Of a DNA stretch of 64,000 nucleotides, positions 1 to 9,627 are shown in pieces. Made by a program: the position numbers and the translations under genes. Source of the DNA: an uncultured virus (IMG/VR IMGVR_UViG_3300037042_007110) (lineage: Duplodnaviria > Heunggongvirae > Uroviricota > Caudoviricetes); IMG/VR virus record IMGVR_UViG_3300037042_007110, positions 1 through 64,000 of that record. One strand, written 5' to 3'. A model generated the notes under the pieces. That model ran no database searches. It worked only from the letters and a program-made list of their open reading frames with translations, and was not told where the DNA came from. Position 1 is the first letter of the stretch, and each line of letters starts with the position of its first letter.

Positions 1-2
1 CC

Positions 3-2243
3 ATGAGCAAGGAGCTGCTCGCGAGCAAGGTCATCATCGTCGAGGAAGAAGCTCGCGTTCCTCAGATTCAGGGCGTCCCGACGAACGTCCTCGGGATGGT
101 CGGCATCACCGAGCGCGGGCCGGTCGGCGAGCGCGTGCGAAGCACGAGCTTCAACGAGTGGTTCGACGTGTTCGGTGGCGCCATCGCCAACGGCGATGCC
201 TACCACTCCGTCCAGGGGTTCTACCTGAACGGAGGGCAGGTGCTCGACTTCGTGCGGACCGTCCACTACACGGACATCAACACCCCAGCGAGCAAGACCT
301 CGGCGGCCGGCGAGGAGACGATCCAGACAGCGGCCGGGGCTCCGACGCAGGGAACCGTGCTGGGAACGGTCGTCGGCCCGTTCGACCTGGCGCCGGGCGA
401 CACGTTGCTCGTGTCCGTGGACGGAGCCGGGCCGCTGACCGCCACGTTCAACGCCACGCAGGCGAGCGTGACCGGGGCGTCAACGCAACCGTTCGCGCTG
501 GTCGACGGACAGGCGCTCACCTTCCGCGTCGACAGCGGGGCGATCAGGACGGCCATCTTCAACACGGCCGAGTTCGTCAACATCGCGGCGGCCACGGCAG
601 CCGAGGTCGCTGCGGTCATCAACGCGGAGTGCACGGGCGTCGAGGTCACAGCGGTCGCCGGAGCGGTCGTCATCAAGAGCGACACCTACGGCACCGACTC
701 CGACCTCGACACGTTTGGCGGGACGGCCTGCGCGGCGCTCGGCTTCACCGGCCTGTCGGCCACCGGCACGGGCAACGTCGCCGACATCAACGCGGTGGCC
801 GTCGCCGAGGTGAAGACAATCGTCGAGGCTGCGGTGGTCGGCGTCACCGTCACGAACGACGGCGGGGCGGCGCGCATCACGCGGAACACGGCAGGTGCTT
901 CGTTCTCCGTCGCCGTGACCGCGGCGTCCACGGCGGACGACGAGCTCGGGCTCGACAACGCCACCCACTCGGGCACGAGCGGGGCTGCTCAGGACACGCT
1001 GACCGTGACCGGGAAGTACGACGGCACGTACACGGACGACCTCTCGGTCGTCATCGCGGCGGCGACGAGCGGCGTGGTGTCGGAGTTCAACCTGAAGCTC
1101 CTCGACGCCGGGGTCGTCGTGGAGGTCTGGCCGAACCTGACGATGGACACGGCCGGAGAGCGGTACGTCGAGACGTTGCTCAACAACGTGAACACGGGCA
1201 GCCTGCTCCTCGCCGTCACCGACGAGAGCGCGGGCGGTACCCCGACCGAGCGGCGGCCGGCGAACGGCACGTACTCCAGCCTCGTCGGTGGGAACGATGG
1301 CCTGGTCGGGCTCGTGGACAACGACTTCATCGGGTCGAGCGCCGGGCCGACCGGGCTGCGCGTGCTCGACCAGTCGTTGGACCTCGCGCTGCTCGCGATC
1401 CCGGACCAGCCCACCTCCGCCGTCCACAACGCCATGGTCACGTACTGCGAGGACACGCGGGACGGCCAGGCGTTCGCCATCATCGACCCGCCGGCAGGGC
1501 TGGACAGGGACGAGATCGTCGACTACGTCGAGGTCACGGCCGGGCTGCTCAACCTGACGGAGTACGCGGCCATCTACTGGCCGCAGATCAAGGTCGTCAA
1601 CCCGAGCGTGCCCGTCTTCGGCGACGTGGACAGCATCGTGGTCCCGCCTTCCGGGCACATCGCGGGCGTCTTCGCCCGGACCGACGGCAGCCGCCCGGGC
1701 GGCATCTACCAGCCGCCGGCTGGCGTCGAACGCGGAGTTCTGCGCGGGGTCGTCGGGTTCGAGACGGACACCGTGAAGCAGGAGGCGGTGCGGGACATCG
1801 TGTACCCGAAGCGCATCAACCCGCTCACGACGGGACCCGGCCTGCCCCTCTTCATCGACGGCACGAAGACGCTGCGCGGGGACAGCAACTTCCCGAGCGT
1901 CGCCGAGCGGCGAGGCGTCATCTACATCCAGCAGTCCCTGAAGGGCGGGCTCCAGTTCGCGCGCCACTCCAACAACACGGCGGAGCTTCGTCGTCGCGTG
2001 GACCGCGCCATCACGGCGTTCCTGCTCATTCAGTTCAAGCAGGGCGCGTTCCGAGGCGCGACCCCGGCGACGTCCTTCTTCGTGGACGTGGGCGACGGCA
2101 TCAACCCGCCGAGCGAGCAGTTTGCGCGCAAGCTGCACGCGCGGATCGGGTTGGCCACGAACAAGCCCGTGGACTTCGTCATCCTTCGGTTCTCCCAGGA
2201 CACCCGGGAGCTGGAGACGGAGCTGCAGGCGGCGGGCGCGTAG
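3..2243 (+). CDS. Contractile tail sheath protein
   Basis: N-terminal GMVGITERGP and FYLNGG motifs; C-terminal YAAIYWP, VPPSGHIAGVFARTD, RINP and KPVDFVILRF motifs typical of sheaths; lies directly upstream of the tube gene. Confidence 0.95.
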   Translation: MSKELLASKVIIVEEEARVPQIQGVPTNVLGMVGITERGPVGERVRSTSFNEWFDVFGGAIANGDAYHSVQGFYLNGGQVLDFVRTVHYTDINTPASKTSAAGEETIQTAAGAPTQGTVLGTVVGPFDLAPGDTLLVSVDGAGPLTATFNATQASVTGASTQPFALVDGQALTFRVDSGAIRTAIFNTAEFVNIAAATAAEVAAVINAECTGVEVTAVAGAVVIKSDTYGTDSDLDTFGGTACAALGFTGLSATGTGNVADINAVAVAEVKTIVEAAVVGVTVTNDGGAARITRNTAGASFSVAVTAASTADDELGLDNATHSGTSGAAQDTLTVTGKYDGTYTDDLSVVIAAATSGVVSEFNLKLLDAGVVVEVWPNLTMDTAGERYVETLLNNVNTGSLLLAVTDESAGGTPTERRPANGTYSSLVGGNDGLVGLVDNDFIGSSAGPTGLRVLDQSLDLALLAIPDQPTSAVHNAMVTYCEDTRDGQAFAIIDPPAGLDRDEIVDYVEVTAGLLNLTEYAAIYWPQIKVVNPSVPVFGDVDSIVVPPSGHIAGVFARTDGSRPGGIYQPPAGVERGVLRGVVGFETDTVKQEAVRDIVYPKRINPLTTGPGLPLFIDGTKTLRGDSNFPSVAERRGVIYIQQSLKGGLQFARHSNNTAELRRRVDRAITAFLLIQFKQGAFRGATPATSFFVDVGDGINPPSEQFARKLHARIGLATNKPVDFVILRFSQDTRELETELQAAGA

Positions 2244-2260
2244 CTCGAGGAGGCTGAACT

Positions 2261-2737
2261 ATGGCAGCGATCCCAGGGATCATCGGCACGCCCCGTTCCT
2301 TCCACAAGCGGTTCAAGTTCCGCGTGGAGGTGGACGGGCTCGGGAGCGCAGCGTTCCGCACGTGCAGCGATATCGCGATCGAGCTGGCGACGGTCGAACA
2401 CCGCGAGGGCGGCGTGCTCATCCCCGACAAGTCGCCGGGGCTGGCGACCGTCGATGACGTGACGCTGGAACGCGGCGCGACGATGGACCGCGACCTGTAC
2501 GACTGGCTGCTCCAGGTGGCCAACATCGCGGCGAACGGCGGGGAGGTCGACGCCCGCTACAAGCGGATGATCGACGTGGTCCAGTACGACCGGGACAACA
2601 CCGTCCTCCGGCGCTGGCGTCTGCACAACGCATGGATCAAACGGTTCGTCGCGGGCGCGTGGGATAACGAGGCGGACGAGAACGTCATCGAAACCTGCGT
2701 GCTGGTCTACGACTTCCCGGAGCTCATCCAGGCGTAG
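2261..2737 (+). CDS. Tail tube protein (T4 gp19-like)
   Basis: 158 aa; FKFRVEVDG, EHREGG, KSPGL..DDVTLERG, LYDW, RRWRLHNAW motifs; GGAGG RBS; follows sheath. Confidence 0.93.
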   Translation: MAAIPGIIGTPRSFHKRFKFRVEVDGLGSAAFRTCSDIAIELATVEHREGGVLIPDKSPGLATVDDVTLERGATMDRDLYDWLLQVANIAANGGEVDARYKRMIDVVQYDRDNTVLRRWRLHNAWIKRFVAGAWDNEADENVIETCVLVYDFPELIQA

Positions 2738-2817
2738 GGCCGAACTTCCACCTCCAGCGTTCCCTGTGCTACCCTCGGCTGCGCGGGTAGAGCCCGCGTA
2801 GCAAGGGGAAGGACACG

Positions 2818-3615
2818 ATGGAACGACTCTGCGAATGCCCGTCCGGGCTCTCCGGCCGGGTCACACACCTTCGCGCCGAGGACGCCGGAGTTCTTGCCGA
2901 TGGTCGGGCGGTCAGGAGCGGCCGTGCCGCCGACCGCATCCTTCAACGGTGCTGGACCGAGACGAGCGAGGCCGGTCCCTACCACTTCGCCGCGACCGGC
3001 CCGGAATGGTCGAACGTCCTGGTCTGCGACCGCATCTGGGCGCTGCTCATGATCCGCATCGCCACCTACGGCGAGACGGAGGAGCTGGAGCTTCGGTGCC
3101 CGGAGTGCGGCCACCGCTTCGTGTGGGACTTGCCGCTGCTCGAGCTGCCTTTCCGCCGGCTTCCCGACACGAGCCGGGCTGCCATCGCCGCCGGGAGGAA
3201 CCGATTCGAGTGTGTGCTCCCCGGCGGCACGGTAGTCGGGTTCAAGCTGGCGAACGGGGCTGACCAGGTGAAGGCCGTCAAGGAGGTCAGGCTGGGAGAG
3301 GGCGACCTGGTCGTCGCCATGCTCCGCCAGCGCGTCCTCGACGTGTCCGGGGTCGACCCGAAGGCGCTCGGTGCGTGGTTCTCGGACATGAGCATGGGCG
3401 ACGTCCAGACGCTCGTGGACGCGATGGACGCTCACGACGGCGGGATCGACACCGGCTTCGACGTTTACTGCCCAAGCTGCACAGTCGAGTGGGAGGTCGA
3501 CCTCCCTTTGGACCTCTCGCGGATGTTCGCTCCCAAGAAGGCGACTCCGCGGCGGAGGAAGCGGATGGAGTCCGGGACGGGCGGGCGGGCGGCCGTGGAG
3601 AAGGCGAAGTCGTAG
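2818..3615 (+). CDS. Tail assembly chaperone / T4 gp26-like hub assembly protein with two CxxC pairs
   Basis: Between tube and tape measure; DRIWALLMIRIATYG, CPECG and CPSC motifs. Confidence 0.7.
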   Translation: MERLCECPSGLSGRVTHLRAEDAGVLADGRAVRSGRAADRILQRCWTETSEAGPYHFAATGPEWSNVLVCDRIWALLMIRIATYGETEELELRCPECGHRFVWDLPLLELPFRRLPDTSRAAIAAGRNRFECVLPGGTVVGFKLANGADQVKAVKEVRLGEGDLVVAMLRQRVLDVSGVDPKALGAWFSDMSMGDVQTLVDAMDAHDGGIDTGFDVYCPSCTVEWEVDLPLDLSRMFAPKKATPRRRKRMESGTGGRAAVEKAKS

Positions 3616-3845
3616 CGGCTGCGCCCGGGGTCTTCTGGGGTCTGTTCCCGCTCATCACGGAGGAGGAGCTGCGCGCCCTGTGTCGGGCGCTCTGCTACCA
3701 CCCGGATGGCGGCGGCGGCTTCATGTTCACCCATGCCGACTTCCTGCGGATGGGGATGGGCGAGGCGATCTCCCACGTCGAGTGGCTGGAAGAACAGCGA
3801 GCAGCCGAGCGCCGGGCTGTGGAGCGGGCATCCAAGAAGCGGTAG
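3504..3845 (+). CDS. Putative -1 frameshift extension of the tail assembly chaperone (G/GT-type)
   Basis: In-phase slippery heptamer C CCT TTG at 3504-3510; the -1 frame stays open to 3845 and encodes a helical segment (ITEEELRALCRALCYH...EWLEEQRAAE) with no obvious start/RBS of its own. Confidence 0.65.
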   Translation, partial: PFGPLADVRSQEGDSAAEEADGVRDGRAGGRGEGEVVAAAPGVFWGLFPLITEEELRALCRALCYHPDGGGGFMFTHADFLRMGMGEAISHVEWLEEQRAAERRAVERASKKR

Positions 3846-4027
3846 ACTGACCAGGTGACGTACCCTGGGCAGACGTTCGAGCCACTGACCGAGCGCCGGG
3901 GCGGGGCGACGTCAGCCTTCGTGCGCAGCGGGCCGGAGGCTGGCCCTCGGGCCGGTGGGCCGTCCCTGGAAAGCGAGCCTCTGGCGACGCGCCAGAGGCC
4001 AAGGCGGGCCGGGCGTGAGGAGAGGCC

Positions 4028-6685
4028 ATGCTGAACAACCTCGGACTCGGCTTCATCTTCACCGCACGCGACCAAGCGTCGGCGACCATGGCCAGGGTTG
4101 GCACCGCGTTCGACCGGCAGGCTGCTCGGGCGCGGATGGCGAGCCGGGTCATGCAGGTGGGGATGGTCGCCGTCGGCGCCAGCACTGCGACGATGGTGTC
4201 CGGGCTCGGGCTGCTCCGCGGTGCTTGGGACATGGCGCAGTCCAGTGCCGCCTTCTCACAGGGCATCTCGCGCGTCGCCGGCGCGTCGAATGCAACGGCC
4301 GAAGAACTCGCTCAGCTACGGAACCGCGCAATCGAGGCGGGTATCGCCACGCAGTTCACCCCGGACCAGGCAGTCGAAGGTCTGTTCAACCTGGCCACCC
4401 TCGGCTACACGGCACAGGAGTCGATGAGCGCGCTCGGCGGAGCGCTCGACCTAGCGGCCGGCGGGGCGATCTCCGTCGAAGAAGCGTCCGGCACGCTCGG
4501 AGCAGCGATGCGCGTCTTCTCGCTCGATGCCTCCGAAGCCGCGTCGGTCACCGACAGGTTGCTGGCCATCTCGAACTCCACCGCACTTCAGGCGTCCGAC
4601 CTCGGACTCGCTCTCGGCAACATCTCCCGCGGCGCCGGGCTCGCACACCAGAGCCTCAACGAGATGCTCCCGGCCATCGGACTCGTGCGGAACACGGGCG
4701 TCGAGGCCTCCGTCGCGTCGTCGTCGGTGTCCGCTGCTCTCACGGAGATGGCGAACAACCGAGAGGCGTTCCAGGAGCTGGGCGTCAGCGTGACCGACGC
4801 ACAGGGGCGCTTCCGTCCGTTCCTCGACATCGTCATGGAAACGCAGACGGCGCTCGGAACGCGGTACACGTCGGAGGCGGAGCGCGCGTCGGCGGCGACG
4901 GAGCTGTTCGGGAGGTACGGCACGACCGCCTTCCAGGGCATCTCGACGCAGCTGGCGGCCGGCATCCGAGACTCGACCGGGGCCATTCGCCGCAACGGCG
5001 AAGCCGTGACCATGCTGCGCCAGCAGATGGAGAACGCAGCCGGGGCGGCGGGCCAGTTTCGGGACAGGATGCTCAACACGTTCGCCGGTCAGAACACGTT
5101 GCTCCGTGGGTCCATGGCCACCCTCGCCGTGGTCATGGGCGAGCCGCTCGCCCGGGTCTTCTCTCCGCTCGTCTCGCTGGTGGTCGCGTTCGTCAACGCA
5201 TGGATCATGGTCTTCAACACGATGCCCGACGCCGTGAAGACCGGTGTGGCTACGATGATCGTCGCGTTCGGCGGGCTCCTGACGGGCGGCGGAGCGATTG
5301 CCACGCTCGGGCTGCTCATCGCGTTGGTCATCCCGTTCATCGAAACGCTCGCGGGCGTCATTGGCGTCCTCGTCGCCGTCATGGCACCGATGATCGCCGG
5401 GGCGCTTGCCGCCACCGCCGCCTTCTACGGGCTGTTCCAGCTGTTCCAACGGAACATCGGGAACATCCGCGCCGTCTGGACCGACTTCGTTCGCCAGGTC
5501 TCTCTCGGCATCGACGGACTCCGGATGCTGTTCACCCGCGGCGGGCTCACGGAAGCGATGGACAGGTCGCTGGACGCAAGCCCGACGCTGCGGAAGCTCA
5601 TCATCTGGCTCTACCGCATCGGCCATCGCGTGCAGCAGTTCACGGTCGGCTTTCGCACGGGCATCACCGAGGGGTTCGTCCGGGCACGCCCGGCCATCAA
5701 CGCGCTCGTCGAAGCCTTCCGTACGCTGGGGCGAATGCTCATGGGAGCAGCGGAACCCTTGGGCAAGCTCGCGCGCACGCCGAGCCGCAGCTTCCGTGAC
5801 ATGGGGGACTCCATTGGCAGGTGGGTCGTGCGTCCTCTGGTCGTCCTCATCGATGTGGTCCGCGGCGTCGTTCAGTTCTTCCAGGGGTTGCTTCACTACG
5901 GACGGATCGCGGCGGCCGTCCTTGCCCCGGTGTGGTACGACCTCGTCAACGCCTTCCGAGAGCTCGGCAACGCGCTCACCACGGCGCTCGGGCTCGCGGA
6001 GCAGGCGGGTACCGCCGGGCGAACTGGCGTCTCGCCTTGGCGCGAGTTCGCGATGATCGTCGTTCCGCTCATCGCGACCGGCCTGCGGATCGCGCTTGGA
6101 TGGATCATTGCCTTCGTCCACGCCATTACCTGGTGCATCCAGCTGTTCAACGAGCTGAACGCGGGATGGGACCGGATGATGTTCGTGATCCAGAACCCGG
6201 CGCTCATCTTCGTCGCCTCGTGGAACTGGGCGCGCGGGCAGTTCTTCAACATGCTCAACGCGATGATCGCCGGCGTCAATTCGTTGGTCCAAGCCCTTCC
6301 GCCGTTCATGCGGAACGGACTCGGAATCACGACGATTCCGTCCATCCCGACACCGCAGGTGGTGGGCCAGGCGCAGTCGCAGGCATCCAGGCAGGCGAAG
6401 GCCACCGCGCCGCGAGCAGCAGAGCCGGCCCCGACGGCGATGGCGACCATCAGCGCCAGCCCGGAAGCGCGTGGCGGACAGAACGCCATGCTCCAAGCTG
6501 CACAGGCGATGCAATCCCAGAACGCAGCCTTCCTCGGCGCACTACGCCAGCGGGACCAGACGGAGGGGAACCGCCCGATCCAGCTCATCGTGGACGGGGA
6601 GGTGCTGGCACGGGCGACGGCACGAGCCGCCCGCGGCGGAGCAGCAGCAGCCGGTGCCCCGACGCCGGGGTTCGCGGAGGACTGA
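4028..6685 (+). CDS. Tail tape measure protein
   Basis: 885 aa Ala-rich helical protein; TP901-like core (ATQFTPDQAVEGLFNLATLG), central hydrophobic stretches; canonical position. Confidence 0.93.
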   Translation: MLNNLGLGFIFTARDQASATMARVGTAFDRQAARARMASRVMQVGMVAVGASTATMVSGLGLLRGAWDMAQSSAAFSQGISRVAGASNATAEELAQLRNRAIEAGIATQFTPDQAVEGLFNLATLGYTAQESMSALGGALDLAAGGAISVEEASGTLGAAMRVFSLDASEAASVTDRLLAISNSTALQASDLGLALGNISRGAGLAHQSLNEMLPAIGLVRNTGVEASVASSSVSAALTEMANNREAFQELGVSVTDAQGRFRPFLDIVMETQTALGTRYTSEAERASAATELFGRYGTTAFQGISTQLAAGIRDSTGAIRRNGEAVTMLRQQMENAAGAAGQFRDRMLNTFAGQNTLLRGSMATLAVVMGEPLARVFSPLVSLVVAFVNAWIMVFNTMPDAVKTGVATMIVAFGGLLTGGGAIATLGLLIALVIPFIETLAGVIGVLVAVMAPMIAGALAATAAFYGLFQLFQRNIGNIRAVWTDFVRQVSLGIDGLRMLFTRGGLTEAMDRSLDASPTLRKLIIWLYRIGHRVQQFTVGFRTGITEGFVRARPAINALVEAFRTLGRMLMGAAEPLGKLARTPSRSFRDMGDSIGRWVVRPLVVLIDVVRGVVQFFQGLLHYGRIAAAVLAPVWYDLVNAFRELGNALTTALGLAEQAGTAGRTGVSPWREFAMIVVPLIATGLRIALGWIIAFVHAITWCIQLFNELNAGWDRMMFVIQNPALIFVASWNWARGQFFNMLNAMIAGVNSLVQALPPFMRNGLGITTIPSIPTPQVVGQAQSQASRQAKATAPRAAEPAPTAMATISASPEARGGQNAMLQAAQAMQSQNAAFLGALRQRDQTEGNRPIQLIVDGEVLARATARAARGGAAAAGAPTPGFAED

Positions 6686-6686
6686 C

Positions 6687-7253
6687 ATGTCGACCGTCGA
6701 CAGATGGGTGCCCCCGAAGGTGACGCTGACGAACCTGTCCACGGGCGTCACGTTGGAGGCGCAGTTCAATCCGGACGCGCTCGAGGAGACGGTCAGCGCG
6801 AACTACGCGAAGCAGACCGTCCCCGGGCTGTCGCACGAGGTCCTCCAGTTCAGCAACACGACGAACGAGGCATTCCCCCTGAACTTGTTCTGGCGTGCCG
6901 AGAGCCGGGGGGACGTCGAGACGCTTCAGCGCGCTCGGCGGTTCCTCAAGAGCCTCCTGTACCCAAAGTCCGGAGCCGAGGACATGGCCAGTGGCGGGCC
7001 GCCCAGGGTGCTGGTCGTGTGGCCAGGAATGATCGCGATGACGTGCGTCATCATGTCGGTCAAGTTCTCGCACGCCTTGTTCACGAAGTTCATGCGGTCC
7101 CGCGCCTACATGGCCACCGTACAATGCGAGGAGATTCGCGACACCCGCATCGGCAGTGACGACGTCTTCGACGACACGAGCCTTCGGCTTGGCGAGCGGC
7201 CGGACATCGGCGTTCCTCCGGACGCGCGCATTCGGCGGACGATGGAGGACTGA
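6687..7253 (+). CDS. Tail tube initiator / contractile-system tube-like baseplate protein
   Basis: AQFNP, VPGLSHEVLQF, PPRVLVVW motifs; ATG at 6687 after GGAGG; follows tape measure. Confidence 0.75.
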   Translation: MSTVDRWVPPKVTLTNLSTGVTLEAQFNPDALEETVSANYAKQTVPGLSHEVLQFSNTTNEAFPLNLFWRAESRGDVETLQRARRFLKSLLYPKSGAEDMASGGPPRVLVVWPGMIAMTCVIMSVKFSHALFTKFMRSRAYMATVQCEEIRDTRIGSDDVFDDTSLRLGERPDIGVPPDARIRRTMED

Positions 7254-7256
7254 GCC

Positions 7257-7604
7257 ATGCCACCGCGTTTCATGTCACGCCACTCCTTCAGCGAGGCCAC
7301 GGCGCTGTCCGACCTGGACGACGACCGGCGGTTCCTCACCGACCGGGAGTGCTTCGGCTTCCGGCAGTTCTCGGACAACCGAACGCACCTCGTTCGGGCC
7401 GGGGACACGCTGCAGAGCGTTGCTGCTCGGTACTACCGAGGGCTTCCGCGCCCGAGTGGGCTGTGGTGGGTCATCGCTGACTACCAGCCCCAGCGCGTTC
7501 ACGACCCGACCTTGGAGTTGACCGAGGGGTCAGTCCTGGCCATCCCGAGCCGACGGACGGTGGAGCGAGAGGTGTTCGGTGAGAAGCGGAGGCTGACCGG
7601 ATGA
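7257..7604 (+). CDS. LysM / tail X-like baseplate protein
   Basis: HLVRAGDTLQSVAARYY...LWWVIAD...LAIP LysM-like pattern. Confidence 0.85.
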   Translation: MPPRFMSRHSFSEATALSDLDDDRRFLTDRECFGFRQFSDNRTHLVRAGDTLQSVAARYYRGLPRPSGLWWVIADYQPQRVHDPTLELTEGSVLAIPSRRTVEREVFGEKRRLTG

Positions 7605-9058
7605 CCTTCCGCCCGTTCCAGCGGAGCGAGCCTCAGTTCTTCGTCTCGGTCGAAGCCGAGAGCGGTGAGCACCGCGTTGCCGTTGCAGACGGAGAGACCC
7701 CGGGCAGCCCGCTGTACGACCGCGGGGCTGCTCGTGTGCTGTCCTTCGAGTTCACGGACAGCGACGACAAGGCGGACAAGCTCTCGCTGACGGTGGACAA
7801 CTGGGACCTCCGCAACTTCGACGACCCCGTGTGGAAGGAAGGGAACGTCATCATCGCGAGTTGGGGCTACCCGGCGCGGATGCGTCCGGATCAGCGCATG
7901 GTCATCCAGAAGGTGACCGGAGCCCAGCAACTGACCATCGAGGCGAAGGCCGAGGCCGTCCTGATGAACCGCATCGTCAGGACCGGTCGGTGGGAGCACG
8001 CCCGTCGGAGCGACGTCGTCCGCGAGCTCGCCCTTCGCGCCGGGTTCCGGGACGAGCAGCTCGACATCGAGGACACGAGCGCCGTCTTGCCGAGCATCCA
8101 GCAGGCAAGGCAGACCGACGCCCAGCTCGTGCGCCGCCTCGCCGACGCCGAGGGCTTCGTCTGGTACGTCGACTTCGACGGCTTCCACTTCCACCAGCGC
8201 CGACTCGACGAGCGGCCGCTCCGCGTCTATCGCTGGTACACCGACCCGTTCATGGGCGAGATCATGTCGTTCAACATCACGAACGACTTGACCGCCCGGC
8301 CGCGGAGGAACGTCCAGCGTGGCCGGAACCCCGTCGCCGGGGAAGACATCACTGGGGACAGCACGGGAACAGAGCAGCCGAACGAACGAACGGAGCCCGC
8401 CCTTGCGCCGGTCGCCGAGCAGTTGCTGACTGGGCTGGACGAGCTGGTGCTGCTCATCGACCCGGAGTCCGGTCAGGAGCGTGAGCTTCCTCAGTCGCGG
8501 GAGGCGCACCAGGAAGCGACCGCGCAGAGCGACACCGCCCCGACCAGCACGAGCAGCCCACAGGTTGCGCAGCGCGAAGCGGCCGGGCGGGCGCGGCGGC
8601 ACCGCCACACCGCGGTCCAGGCTACCTTCCAGGCGGTCGGCGATCCGATGCAGTTCGCCAAGACCGTCATCCAGCTTGAAGGCCTCGGCCGACGGCTATC
8701 CATCAGGTACTACGTGAAGGAGGTGAAGCACACGCTCGGCTCGAGCGGGTACACGATGGAGCTGACCGTCCTCTCCGATGGGACCGGCGGGCACAGCACG
8801 CGAAGCGAGCTGGCGAGTGGCCTGGAGCTGTTCTCGACGCCGGAACGGAACCCGGGCCGACCCAACAACCAGGAAGCTCCGGGAAGCGAAGCGGGCGCCG
8901 AGGGCACCGGCGGCCCGGGCGGGCAGGGTGGCGCGGGCGCGGCGGACGCTGAGCCGGCTGCTCTCGAGACGATCACGCGGGTCGACCCCGAGACAGGACG
9001 CGAGACGACGACGTTCGAGCGGCCGACCGGGCGAGCCCCGCGGGCGGAGCAACACTGA
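7601..9058 (+). CDS. Baseplate hub protein (P2 gpD / late control D-like)
   Basis: DKADKLSLTVDN, QQARQTDAQLVRRLA, YYVKEVKHT..SGYTMEL motifs; between LysM and spike genes. Confidence 0.85.
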   Translation: MTFRPFQRSEPQFFVSVEAESGEHRVAVADGETPGSPLYDRGAARVLSFEFTDSDDKADKLSLTVDNWDLRNFDDPVWKEGNVIIASWGYPARMRPDQRMVIQKVTGAQQLTIEAKAEAVLMNRIVRTGRWEHARRSDVVRELALRAGFRDEQLDIEDTSAVLPSIQQARQTDAQLVRRLADAEGFVWYVDFDGFHFHQRRLDERPLRVYRWYTDPFMGEIMSFNITNDLTARPRRNVQRGRNPVAGEDITGDSTGTEQPNERTEPALAPVAEQLLTGLDELVLLIDPESGQERELPQSREAHQEATAQSDTAPTSTSSPQVAQREAAGRARRHRHTAVQATFQAVGDPMQFAKTVIQLEGLGRRLSIRYYVKEVKHTLGSSGYTMELTVLSDGTGGHSTRSELASGLELFSTPERNPGRPNNQEAPGSEAGAEGTGGPGGQGGAGAADAEPAALETITRVDPETGRETTTFERPTGRAPRAEQH

Positions 9059-9618
9059 TGGACGAGCACGACGGGAACAGGGACCTCCGCTACACGGCCA
9101 TGCACCGCGGAGTTGTCGTCGCCAACGACGACCCGATGAAGATCGGTCGCGTCCGCGTCCGGGTACCGGGGCTCATCGAGCCCGACTCCGGGTGGGCGCT
9201 TCCAGTTCGGCAGGCCCACGGCTACGACGTCCCGGACGTCGGGGCCGAGGTCTGCGTGTGGTTCCACCAGGGCGACGTGGACGAGCTTCAGTACGCGCCC
9301 GGCAACCCGCACGCACCGTCGGGACAGAGCGAGCTCAACTCCCGCGTGACCAGCAAGTCGCCGGCCGACGCCCCGAAGGTCAAACTCATCGAGACGGAGC
9401 GGTGGCTCATCGTCTACGACGACAGCGCGGAGACGCCTGCGCTGCTCCTCCAGGACAAGGTCAGCGGCGACGGCATCGAGTACGACGGCCTGACCAGGGC
9501 GATGACCATCTCGGCGACCTCGGCGCTGACCATTCGTTCGGTCGGCCAGGTCAACATCGACGCGGTCGGCGTGACCATCATGGGTCGGCCCGTTCTGCCA
9601 AACGGGCAGCCGATCTAG
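9058..9618 (+). CDS. Baseplate spike protein (gpV / gp5 OB-fold)
   Basis: RGVVVANDDP..GRVRVRVP, GWALP, PDVGAEVCVWFHQGD motifs. Confidence 0.9.
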   Translation: MDEHDGNRDLRYTAMHRGVVVANDDPMKIGRVRVRVPGLIEPDSGWALPVRQAHGYDVPDVGAEVCVWFHQGDVDELQYAPGNPHAPSGQSELNSRVTSKSPADAPKVKLIETERWLIVYDDSAETPALLLQDKVSGDGIEYDGLTRAMTISATSALTIRSVGQVNIDAVGVTIMGRPVLPNGQPI

Positions 9619-9627
9619 GAGGCCAGC

